Shown here piece by piece: positions 53,582 to 63,092 of a stretch of DNA of 64,000 bases. Origin of the DNA: Naegleria gruberi (Eukaryota). The notes below the pieces were generated by a model. That model searched no databases, was not told the DNA's origin, and was given only the letters and a program-made list of their open reading frames with translations. A program made the translations under genes and the position numbers. The stretch's first letter is position 1, and the number at the start of each line of letters is the position of its first letter. Location of the stretch: assembly GCA_000004985.1 (NCBI GenBank), contig GG738895.1. One strand, written 5' to 3'.

Positions 53582-55018
53582 ATGAAAAAAGTTAAAAAAG
53601 TTAAAAAAGTTAAAAAATCGAAAACTGTCAAGTCATTGGCAGTTGAAGATCAAGTGGTCATACAGGCTGGCCTGTTAGCACCGTTATCATCATCGGATGT
53701 TTTGTTTTATCAAATATTACCATGCTTTCCATTAAAATTGTTATTCGAAACAGCAAGATTAGTTTGTAAAGAATGGAATTTATTTATTGTGGGAAATCAT
53801 AATGATGCTGGTCATGTAAAAGAATATTTTACAGGTCGGTACTCTCTGATCATTCCCCGTGAAAAAGAAGAATCTCTGATGACTTGTATTCGTGCTGGAT
53901 ATTTCCGAAATATAATTCAAAAATTACATTTCAAAGCTTTTGATTCATTTTGTAATCCTTCTATTGTTAGAAACTCAGGAGTGATTGAAATGGTTCCACA
54001 AATTAGTTCAACTTTATTGGATGATTCTTTTCCAAATGTTGAGGAAATTATTATTGGAACTGTCAATTCAGATTCTTGTATTATAAGAGAGGGATTTTGT
54101 AAAAACAAACTGGAAAAGTTGAAATTGTTGAAGATGACCATGCAAAGGGACGTGTCAATTTCTGATATATTTTCATGTGATTTTATGCAAAATTTGACAT
54201 GCTTGAATTTGGATAACTGCTTTATTGATTATACAACAGTTTTACAAATTAGTGAATGTCCACTGAAGAACTTGGAGAAATTGTGCTTAGGATATAATTC
54301 AATAACTCAATTGGGAGCTCTTACATTGTCCAAAAGCAAACATCTTTCAAAATTAACATATTTAGATTTGACTTATAATGACATTGGTGATGAAGGGCTT
54401 AGACATCTTTGTGAAAGTGAAACACTGTGTAATATTTCAAATCTATTATTGGAATTTAATGTAATTTCAGAATTGGAGCCTCTTTTACAAAGCTCCAATA
54501 TGAAAAATCTAGCACATTTGAATTTGTATAGATGTAGTTTGAATTTAAAAAGCTTTATGTCATTGATATCTTGCCCTAATTTACCAAAACTTTCAGAAAT
54601 TAGTCTATACCATGCAGGTTTAACAGGAATGCAAGAATTAGAAACTTCTCACATCATAGTATCCAACTCAATCAATCGACTTGATCTATCCTCTTGCAGT
54701 TTAGATGATTTGGGATTTAGGTGTTTGTTAAATTCCCTCAAATACGACTCCATTACTGAACTAAATCTTAGGTACAATGAAATTGGAAATGAAGGATTGT
54801 TGTGCCTAGCTGAATGTCCCTTCCTGACCAATTTGAGGATACTCGACCTATCTGGAAATCCAATAGATGATGAAGGTGCCCTCTACCTGGCACAAAACGT
54901 TCAATTTCCAAATATTAAGGAATTAATTTTAGAGTTTACCAAAATGACCAAAAATGGCAGTGAAAAATTTTCAGAAATTATTTTACAACGATTCCCAAAT
55001 GTTAATTTAACTATTTAA
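53582..55018 (+). CDS. F-box-like + RNI-type leucine-rich-repeat protein
   Basis: Lys-rich N-terminus encoded by an (AAAAAGTT)n repeat. F-box-like ..LFYQILPCFPLKLLFETARLVCKEWNLFIV. C-terminal RNI-like LRRs (..LDLTYNDIGDEGLRHL..; ..LNLRYNEIGNEGLLCL..; ..LDLSGNPIDDEGALYL..). Confidence 0.65.
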   Translation: MKKVKKVKKVKKSKTVKSLAVEDQVVIQAGLLAPLSSSDVLFYQILPCFPLKLLFETARLVCKEWNLFIVGNHNDAGHVKEYFTGRYSLIIPREKEESLMTCIRAGYFRNIIQKLHFKAFDSFCNPSIVRNSGVIEMVPQISSTLLDDSFPNVEEIIIGTVNSDSCIIREGFCKNKLEKLKLLKMTMQRDVSISDIFSCDFMQNLTCLNLDNCFIDYTTVLQISECPLKNLEKLCLGYNSITQLGALTLSKSKHLSKLTYLDLTYNDIGDEGLRHLCESETLCNISNLLLEFNVISELEPLLQSSNMKNLAHLNLYRCSLNLKSFMSLISCPNLPKLSEISLYHAGLTGMQELETSHIIVSNSINRLDLSSCSLDDLGFRCLLNSLKYDSITELNLRYNEIGNEGLLCLAECPFLTNLRILDLSGNPIDDEGALYLAQNVQFPNIKELILEFTKMTKNGSEKFSEIILQRFPNVNLTI

Positions 55019-55099
55019 AAATTTAGTGAGCTCATCTAAATGGAATTTATTTGTGCAAGCAATTCCATTCATTGGAAATCAAGTCAATTTTTCAAAGTT

Positions 55100-56123
55100 T
55101 CATTTTATTCTTGGTAATATTGTTAAAATTATATTTAAAAAGCCTTCAGTTTCAATATTGTTTGCATTGATATTGAGATCTGTTAACTGAGATAAGTGAC
55201 TCAATGATTTGGCACCTTCAGCACCAATATTATTTGTACTGATATTCAAAGTGGTCAATTTGCCTAGTTGACTGATATACATTGCTCCAGTGTTTCCAAT
55301 TTTAGAATAACTAATATTCAAGTCTGTTAATTGTGACATTTCGGATATAATTTTTGCCCCTTCATCTCCAATATAATTACAACTAATATTCAAATTATTT
55401 AAATTTTCCATTTGACTAATGAACTTGACTCCAACTACAGACAAATTTGGACAATTCGAAACATCAAGCTTTGTTAACTGTTTAATTTCACTAATTTTCT
55501 CTACAGATCTATCATTAAGATCAGAATATCTTACACGAAGTGATTTCAAAGTTTTTGATTGTGAAATAACATTCATCTGAAATGTTTCATCATTTTCTAA
55601 TGAAAATGCTGAATAACTCAAATCGAGTGAAATCAAATTTTTCATTCCAAATACAGAAAAAGATCCTGAATATCCAATACGATTGCTACATATATTCAAA
55701 CTAGTCAAGTTTGCCATTGTACTGATATGTTTAGCTCCTTCATCTCCAATTGAATTATAACTCAGATCAAGATTGGTCAATTGAGTCAAATTTTGAGAAA
55801 TTAATTGAGCTCCTTTCGTCCTAATTCTACAAACACTATTCCCAACAAGTTTCAATTCAACAATATTCCCAATAATTCCAGATTTAACAATATTTTCCAC
55901 AATTTTATCCTCAACCTCCAAATCAACAGAAAGTTTTGCCCTATTTTTGATTACTTCATGCCAATTACGAGAAATTAATAAACAACTTTGTATAATCATT
56001 GAAGAATCCAAAAAGGTAAGAATTTCATAACAAATATCATCAGGAAATACTTGATTTCGAAATTATTATATAAAAAATTACATAATTTTAGCAATTACAC
56101 TCACAATCAGGATTGGATTTCAT
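55100..56123 (-). CDS. F-box + RNI-type LRR protein; 2 exons (about 56105..56123, 55100..56049)
   Basis: The track ORF starts at TTG inside an F-box. An upstream mini-exon ATGAAATCCAATCCTGATT, followed by a GTGAGT donor and a 55-nt intron ending ATCAAG, restores MKSNPDLFPDDICYEILTFLD..LLISRNWHEVI (a complete F-box). The body has 24-aa RNI-type LRRs (LTDLNISYSKIGNTGAMYISQLGK). Confidence 0.65.
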
Positions 56124-56411
56124 TCCGATAGGTGCATCAATGGATTGTTTCATCTTTTTCCTATTAGAAAAATTATCATCATTTTCCCTTCTTTTTGTTT
56201 TTGACATTTTTTTAAATTTCAAATTAATTTGAAAATTGGAAAATCAAAACATTGTAAACGATTTAATTGGCGGACCATCTCACTTAATAATCAACTCAAA
56301 ACATCCACCTCCCCGACTGCTAATAAGCAGGGATGTTTAAGCGGACTATTGGTCCACCATTCGAATAGACATCAACAAGAATCGAATTTATGTAAACTCA
56401 TCAAAAAAAAA

Positions 56412-57143
56412 ATGCACGACTGTTGTAAGCAAGGACACATTCACACAGGTACTCCAACAGGTACACTCACTCAAATTTCCGGAAGAGAAACCTATGTGAA
56501 AAAACATTCGAATAGTAATGGAAAGGCCATTTTATTTATTCATGATGCTTTCGGATTGCCATTCATTAATAATCAACTCTTGGTTGATACCTTCTCTGAA
56601 GAAGCACAAGCTGATGTTTATTTACCTGATTTTTTCAATGGTGATGGTGTTCCAATTCAAGTCCTGTCAAACATGTCAAGTTTTGATTTTAATCCTTGGA
56701 GAGCTAGAAATGGACGTGATAAATTCCCAATTATTGAAAGTTATACAAGAGCACTGAAAGAACAGGAAGGAATTAAAAAACTTGTAGTAATTGGATTTTG
56801 TTGGGGTGGTTGGGGTTCCATTCAATTAGGTCAATTGGATGATTTGGTGGATGGAGTTGTTTTGGCTCATCCATCAATGCTTGAAATTCCATCTGATATT
56901 GAGGCATTGAAAAAGCCAAGTTTATTCATTTGTGCTGAGGTTGACCATGCATTCTCAGAGGAAGCACGTTTATTATCTCAATCAATTTTGGAAAATAAGG
57001 AAATGGATGCAACATTTAAATTGTGGAATGGAGTGAGACATGGATTTGCAGTTCGTTTTGATACGGAGGATAAGATTGCTGCTCAAGCTGCTGAACAAGC
57101 AAAGGATGAGGCAGTTAAATTCTTTAAGAGAATACTTCAATAA
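56412..57143 (+). CDS. Dienelactone hydrolase family protein (AIM2-like)
   Basis: MHDCCKQGHIHTGTPTG.. (the Cys-Cys N-terminus is typical of this family). Also GFCWGGW around the nucleophile region, AHPSML, and HGFAVR. The first ATG is 56412. Confidence 0.75.
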   Translation: MHDCCKQGHIHTGTPTGTLTQISGRETYVKKHSNSNGKAILFIHDAFGLPFINNQLLVDTFSEEAQADVYLPDFFNGDGVPIQVLSNMSSFDFNPWRARNGRDKFPIIESYTRALKEQEGIKKLVVIGFCWGGWGSIQLGQLDDLVDGVVLAHPSMLEIPSDIEALKKPSLFICAEVDHAFSEEARLLSQSILENKEMDATFKLWNGVRHGFAVRFDTEDKIAAQAAEQAKDEAVKFFKRILQ

Positions 57144-57322
57144 TTATTTAATACTTATTAGAAATTTATTATATGTAAAGTAACCATTGATATTTAAGTA
57201 TTTACGGAAATGCTTAATATTTGGACCCTTAACTACGGCATTGACAATAAATCAAAAACAAGATGAAATCATCATTGGTTGTGAAACACTTTATTAAGGG
57301 TAATTAAGCAAACGTTAACGTA

Positions 57323-57395
57323 GCCCGTCTAGCTCAGTCGGTAGAGCGCAAGGCTCTTAACCTTGTGGTCGTGGGTTCGACCCCCACGGTGGGCG
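57323..57395 (+). tRNA. tRNA-Lys (anticodon CUU)
   Basis: Acceptor GCCCGTC/GGTGGGC. D arm GCTC-AGTCGGTAG-AGCG. Anticodon stem CAAGG/CCTTG, loop CTCTTAA. T arm GTGGG-TTCGACC-CCCAC. T-run follows. Confidence 0.9.
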
Positions 57396-57695
57396 TTTCC
57401 TTTTAATTTTATTATCTTTGATTTTAGCCAATCAACTGAGGAAAAATCAACTCTTCATAAGGCCATCCTAATTCGAATCAGGTACATAGTTTGCACAAGA
57501 GAAAAAAGTATTATTTTAGAACATGACGGAACATCAAGAATTGTTGTAACACAACATATTAATTGTTTCCTGTTGGTATGGCTTGTCTGGTATCGTTTCT
57601 TGTGTCATATTAATCAGAAAAAACTACCAATATTTTCAGCATCAAATAATCAATTATCATCATCATGATGGAGGTAAAACAAGAAGAAGGTTGGT

Positions 57696-59141
57696 ATGTT
57701 CTCGAGAACAAGGGTTATTTTCAAAATAATAATAATAATAATAATTAATGAATTGCTAATAGAGAATATTATATTTTCGGATGATGTTTGTTTTGAAATT
57801 ATTTCCATGATTGATGATTCGTGGTTTATTTTGAATAATTGTTCTTTAATTTCAAAACAATGGTTTAATGTGATCAAGGATCGTTCAAAACTTGTTATTC
57901 AATTTAAAAAAAAATTAACAGAAAAAAGAGTTGAATTATTAATGAAAAGTCAATTCATGAACAGTATTGTAAATGTTAAGTTTTCTTTTGGGTTGCTTAA
58001 CTCTTCAGATAAACTTAAATTCATAAGTGAAATGAAACATTTAACATCACTTGATATTGCTGACAATCAAATTGGTGATGAGGGATCTAAATTCATAAGT
58101 GGAATGAAACATTTAACATCACTTAATATAGATCGCAATCAAATTGGTGTAGAAGGAGCCAAACTCATAAGTGGAATGAAATCATTAATATCACTTAGTA
58201 TTGGTGATAATCAAATTGGTGTAGAAGGAGCCAAACTCATAAGTGGAATGAAACATTTAACATCACTTGATATAAATCGCAATCAAATTGGTGTAGAAGG
58301 AGCCAAATCAATAAGTAGAATGAAACAATTAACATCACTTAATATATATTACAATCAAATTGGTGCTGAGGGAGCCAAATCAATAAGTGGAATGAAACAA
58401 TTAACATCACTTGATATTGGTGGAAATCAAATTGGTGTAGAAGAATCCAAATACATAAGTGAAATGAAACAATTAACATCACTTGATATATATAACAATC
58501 AAATTGGTGTAGAAGGAGCCAAATCAATAAGTGGAATGAAACAATTAACATCACTTAATATTGGTTTCAATCGAATTGGTGTAGAAGGATCCAAACTCAT
58601 AAGTGAAATGAAACAATTAACATCACTTAATATTGGTTCCAATGAAATTGGTGTAGAAGGGTCCAAATTCATACCTGAAATGAAACATTTAACATCACTT
58701 AATATATATTACAATGAAATTGGTGATGAAGGATCCAAATACATAAGTGAAATGAAACAATTAACATCACTTGATATATATTACAATGAAATTGGTGTGG
58801 AAGGAGCCAAATACATAAGTGAAATGAAACAATTAACATCACTTGGTATTAGTGATAATCAAATTGGTGTAGAAGGAGCCAAATTCATAAGTGAAATGAA
58901 ATTATTAACATCACTTGATATTGCTGACAATCAAATTGGTGATGAGGGATCTAAATTCATAAGTGAAATGAAATCATTAACATCGCTTAATGTTAATTCC
59001 AATCAAATTGGTGATGAGGGAGCCAAACTTATAAGTGGAATGAAACAATTAACATCACTTAAAATATATTACAATCAAATTGGTGAAACTTTATTAATGT
59101 CTGTTATATCAATAACAGCTGAGACCAAATCTTTAGACTAA
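57696..59141 (+). CDS. F-box-like + RNI-type LRR protein built from about 15 near-identical 24-aa repeats
   Basis: The N-terminal F-box-like motif is IFSDDVCFEIISMIDDSWFILNNCSLISKQWFNVI. It is preceded by a poly-Ile stretch encoded by an (ATA)6 microsatellite. The body is MKHLTSLDIADNQIGDEGSKFISG repeated with few changes. Confidence 0.7.
   Translation: MFSRTRVIFKIIIIIIINELLIENIIFSDDVCFEIISMIDDSWFILNNCSLISKQWFNVIKDRSKLVIQFKKKLTEKRVELLMKSQFMNSIVNVKFSFGLLNSSDKLKFISEMKHLTSLDIADNQIGDEGSKFISGMKHLTSLNIDRNQIGVEGAKLISGMKSLISLSIGDNQIGVEGAKLISGMKHLTSLDINRNQIGVEGAKSISRMKQLTSLNIYYNQIGAEGAKSISGMKQLTSLDIGGNQIGVEESKYISEMKQLTSLDIYNNQIGVEGAKSISGMKQLTSLNIGFNRIGVEGSKLISEMKQLTSLNIGSNEIGVEGSKFIPEMKHLTSLNIYYNEIGDEGSKYISEMKQLTSLDIYYNEIGVEGAKYISEMKQLTSLGISDNQIGVEGAKFISEMKLLTSLDIADNQIGDEGSKFISEMKSLTSLNVNSNQIGDEGAKLISGMKQLTSLKIYYNQIGETLLMSVISITAETKSLD
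58020..59090 (+). repeat. 72-bp tandem repeat array (about 15 copies) encoding the LRR units of the 57696..59141 gene
   Basis: Direct reading shows a reiterated unit AAACAATTAACATCACTTGATAT..AATCAAATTGGTGTAGAAGGAGCCAAA..ATAAGTGGAATG with greater than 85% nucleotide identity between neighbours. Confidence 0.8.
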
Positions 59142-59287
59142 CTAAGATTCTTTGTAGGGATTTGGGTTTGTTGATATTAGGCACCGTACATTGTGTAAAG
59201 CTTCATTTATTTAACTACCTCAATATCTTAAAGTGTGGAGTATTGTGATTGAAACGTTGAAAGATGAGTTTACATAATTCAAACAAT

Positions 59288-60240
59288 TCACTTACAGATA
59301 TCTTCAAGATGGGATCTTGGAGAGAAGATCAGTGGATGCTTTTGCATGTCAATGTAGAGTAAGGAACGATTGGTGCTCATTTCTGGGAATTCCTTTTCCT
59401 CTAAGGAAAGTTTGAAATGTCTGACAGTGTTGACAATTGACATGCAAAGTTCTAAGGTTGCAATTCTACTACCTGGGCATTTTCTTGCCTTAATTCGCAA
59501 GTTATTTGAAGTAATTGATAGAAAACTTACACCAACACCAAATGGACTGTTTACAAATGAACTCTTCATTGCCAATGGTGAATTTCTTTCATGTCTTTCT
59601 GGAATGAATTCTTGAGCTCGTGGCACAAACTCTTCACTCAAACAAGCACGTCTTTGGAGTGCAATAACTGTTGTACCCTTTGGAATATTTTATCCTCCCA
59701 GTTCTGTATCGTTATTGAGTATTCTTGCCAAAATCCAAAGGGATTGAGGCGTAAAACTTCTTCCACAAAGTTTTTAGTGAGCTTTAGTTTCTTGAATTGC
59801 TCTGCATTTACTAATAGACCGTTCTCTGAAGTAACCTCGTCTAAATTTGGCTCTCCAAATACCTCTAATAGTAGTAAAGTTTTTTTTGGTAATCTGGATG
59901 ATGAGCTAATCTGTACATGACATGACTCATCATTGTCATTGTAATGTCCATTGCAGCTTGAAGGAATGAATTCATAACTGTTCATTCTTTGAACGTTCCA
60001 TTAGCAGTTCATACAATCTTGGCTTTTCGCTTGGGTTGACCTTAAACCTGTTCATTACATAATTTGTACATATTCGAATGATTTTTCACAGGTAAATTCC
60101 ATTCTCTTGTATTCTTTTGTTTTAAAATATTGATACATGGATGGTTTTGTCAATAATCTGGATCTTGTGTTGGTTCTAAGTATTTAATTAATCTTCTTAC
60201 ATTCAATTGACTCAGGAGTTACGACTTGATCTTGGAATTC
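59288..60240 (-). pseudogene. Cytochrome P450 3'-fragment (K-helix to heme-binding loop only), likely truncated remnant
   Basis: ExxR region EEVLRLNP. Meander/PERF ..EFIPERH... A 42-nt in-frame GTAAGT..TTAAG intron must be removed to restore the heme loop: FGVG|ARKCPGSRIATLEL matches FGxGxRxCxG. A frameshift separates the ..HSKDVL and SEEFVP segments. No I-helix or N-terminal half exists, because the upstream gene (60321..) ends immediately 5' on the same strand. Confidence 0.5.
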
Positions 60241-60320
60241 TGGTTTCATGGCAATGTTAAACAATTGCCTCGTCTCTTGCCATGGTTCCTCATATAGCAT
60301 TTTGCAAAGCAAATGGATGT

Positions 60321-61418
60321 TTATAGCATGGTTTTTAGAGTGGCAACAGCATAGAGGAATGGAAAGAGAAGGTCATCATCAGAGCACTCTTCTTTGGAGC
60401 TTAATTCAAAATATTGAACTTTGGTTGTGTGAATTGTTTTTTGTTGAGGCTCTGGCTCGACCATTTTTAGAAAATTGTAAATTTCAAGTCTTGTTACTTG
60501 ATGATCGAGATCTGATTTCAATCCGAGTAAGAGGAAACATCTATCATTGATATTGTAATCTGAAATATCTTTGACTGTCATTTCGTGATAAATTTCAATC
60601 ATTTCCTCAAATGATTTATGACTATTCAAATCAAAACAATACACAAAAACATTAGCTCTCGAATAAACAGATTTGAATAGCGATAGATATGTTTGATTTC
60701 CACATGTATCCCAAATCTTGAATGCAAATTCCGTCCCACTTCCATAAAGGTAATGCTTGTCAATTACTGGGAAAGTTATTGAGGGTGTATAATTTTCCGA
60801 AAATGGTAATTGATTAAAAGCTCTATCAATCAAAGTGGATTTACCACACCCTGATGACCCAACAAATATGTATTGGGCACATTGAGGCAATTCAACATCC
60901 TCATCTATTACAAATCTCTTCAGCAAGACATTTTTAACATTTTCATAACTTTCCATATCAGAAAACATGTACAACATTGGACTTTTTCTCCTCAAATCCT
61001 TCCACAGAACTTCAAATCTGGTCCAATACATTAAAAATCTCTTTGAAACTCGTTGCATTCTCCCTATACTTTCCATATCCAAAAATTGTAAAATGTGTAA
61101 AATTATTTCATGAGGAAAATTCGTCAACCAACCATCCTTCTCCTCACCCTGATTGAAATACTCATCATTGCCTCCATATCCTCTCCTAATTCCATTAAAA
61201 ATTCCTATCGGAAGCAATTCTACATCCGAAACAATAGTAGAAAGAATAGATTTCCTCTTGAATCCTCTTGGTAATTCCAACACGGGAAAATGTAGGGATT
61301 TTCCTGTAGAATAAAGTAAATTTTCAGATTGTTCACGGGAGGGGATTTTATTTTCATCTCTTGCTTGGTGATTCAGAGATGATGATGAGGGCGTCTCTGT
61401 TGATGTTTGTTGTCCCAT
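60321..61418 (-). CDS. N-myristoylated F-box + Rab-like small GTPase fusion (module gene C')
   Basis: MGQQTS.. has Gly2. F-box FPHEIILHILQFLDMESIGRMQRVSKRFLMYW. G1 GSSGCGKST, G3 WDTCGNQTY, G4 LKSD, G5 SSKE. About 35% identical to 34684..35775 with the same domain order. Confidence 0.7.
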   Translation of the reverse strand: MGQQTSTETPSSSSLNHQARDENKIPSREQSENLLYSTGKSLHFPVLELPRGFKRKSILSTIVSDVELLPIGIFNGIRRGYGGNDEYFNQGEEKDGWLTNFPHEIILHILQFLDMESIGRMQRVSKRFLMYWTRFEVLWKDLRRKSPMLYMFSDMESYENVKNVLLKRFVIDEDVELPQCAQYIFVGSSGCGKSTLIDRAFNQLPFSENYTPSITFPVIDKHYLYGSGTEFAFKIWDTCGNQTYLSLFKSVYSRANVFVYCFDLNSHKSFEEMIEIYHEMTVKDISDYNINDRCFLLLGLKSDLDHQVTRLEIYNFLKMVEPEPQQKTIHTTKVQYFELSSKEECSDDDLLFPFLYAVATLKTML

Positions 61419-61521
61419 TTTTTTATGTTGATTGGTTTACAAAATATGAAATAGTTATGATTGTAATAGTCCAGAAAAGATTTTCAATCACAATATCGAT
61501 TATTGAATTTATTGGTACAAT

Positions 61522-62392
61522 TTATCGTTGATCTACAGTTGCTCTTTGAATCAACATGATATCATCCTCATCATCTTCCATTCCTTCATCATCCAAATCC
61601 TGATTACTAATCAATACATATTTTGATTCAACAATAGGTGTTGCACCAATATGAGCTTCATGAGATTTACCCTCAATTGATGTGGAACTTTCTTCCTTAT
61701 TTCTGAAAATGTGAATCAAATAACTACCAATAATATACATTGGAATGCAACCTAAAATACATAATCCACACGAAACACCCAAGAATGCAGCTCCCATTTG
61801 CAATAATCCACTCTTTGTTGCATCATTTTGGTCATTAACACTTGATTTAATGGTTGGATTTGAAATTTGAACAATTAATGCAAGACTCACTGAACCCAAT
61901 CCAATCAATAACAAACTACTCAATCCAATCCAAAAACACAAATGCAATGAACAATACAAATTATAAGTTCTCTGTTTTTGAAACCAGTGACGAAGTAAAA
62001 TGTGTTGATCTTCATTCATTTGTGGATTGCTCTTCAACATTTCACGTCTCTGTTTCAAAGTTCTTTCCTGTGAGAAGAGCATGAGAGAAAATACGAAACA
62101 AGCAATTCCACAAAAAGTTAGAGAACCAGCTGTAGATGTTACATCATTTTGATTCGGAGAAGAAACGGGACGAAATAGTTTGTGATTCTAATAAAAATAA
62201 TTGATCATCTACGAACCTGTTAAATGTTGAGTAACGACAAACGCAAGCGGTCCACTTCTTGTTATTGAATAATTCTCCAAAGTCATTTCCAATGCAAAGT
62301 TCGTCACTCCGATACCAAACATTAATAAACCAGCCAACAACAAGAAGATTTTGGTTGCTAAAAACAAGTATCGTCTTCTCATTTTTTCTTAT
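61522..62392 (-). CDS. Four-transmembrane-helix membrane protein; 2 exons (62227..62392, 61522..62139)
   Basis: Exon 1 is MRRRYLFLATKIFLLLAGLLMFGIGVTNFALEM..QHLT with a GTTCGT donor. An 87-nt intron ends CATCTACAG. Exon 2 continues in the track ORF frame (AGSLTFCGIACFVFSLMLFSQERTL..). Four hydrophobic helices and an acidic C-terminal tail. Confidence 0.5.
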
Positions 62393-63092
62393 GTAATTAT
62401 TGAAATTGGTTTGACAAGTGATGCCTCCACTGAAATCCCAACTCAACTGTAGTGTGTCATTATTCTTAATATTTTGAACATATTTCAAGCGCCAAAATCG
62501 AACCATTAAGCAATTAAAAAGTTCATCAACGCGCTAAGGAATCTTCGCAAACCGCAGATAAAAAATTATCCAAACACATTTTCTCTCAAATAAGGAATTT
62601 TTTCGAGTTTTTGCCAAACAAGTAGAGTTTGATTCAAGTTGGAAGTTGTGATAACCTGTAGTCTAACATTCATTTCCCGCATTTTTTCAACTCGACAGAA
62701 GAACAGTGTTGTTCCTTTCATGACTTTGTTACTCACACAATTTTCCTTCTGAAAAAGTTCAAATTATTAATGCTAGGAGTAACGACACTCAACCTAGATA
62801 ACAAATAACCTTCTCCTTTATATATTATCCAATATGCTCAATGACCTTTTTCCAAGCCAATATTGTTGTCGTTGGAAGATGAGACAAATACCAGTGCGCT
62901 TTGCGAAAAAGTCATCACACAGTGGTTTTGAAAATCGAATCTTTTTCCACTCACAAAAAAAACAACACAAACCCGAAAATACCACTTGGTTGCTTCATAC
63001 AATATTCATTGCTGCTGCTTCAGTTTTGTTGATATTTGAATCAATCACTCTTTGTTGTTTATTTTAATAACTATACTATTGTACTATAAACT

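Noticed and set aside
57657-57760. Possible intron removing the (ATA)6 poly-Ile stretch at the start of the 57696 LRR gene, using the ATGATGGAG upstream ATGs or the perfect GTATGT at 57694
   Set aside because: None of the candidate donor/acceptor combinations gives an in-frame junction with the F-box frame; TG+A creates a stop. I therefore kept the simple ATG at 57696 with the poly-Ile retained, at reduced confidence.
58020-59090. Regular about 72-bp direct repeats that could superficially look like a CRISPR-type array
   Set aside because: The repeats are contiguous with no unique spacers. They are in frame inside a long ORF encoding canonical 24-aa RNI-type LRRs. The genome is eukaryotic, with spliceosomal introns and eukaryotic tRNAs.
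307-62506. ORF-track start coordinates for many genes (e.g. 2006, 4104, 19630, 22927, 26812, 30163, 31946, 43214, 53446, 53564, 55100/56011, 56229)
   Set aside because: Direct reading shows these begin with TTG, ATA or similar. The tracker evidently allows alternative prokaryotic starts. I moved the starts to the first in-frame ATG, or to a spliced upstream exon where homology demanded it.
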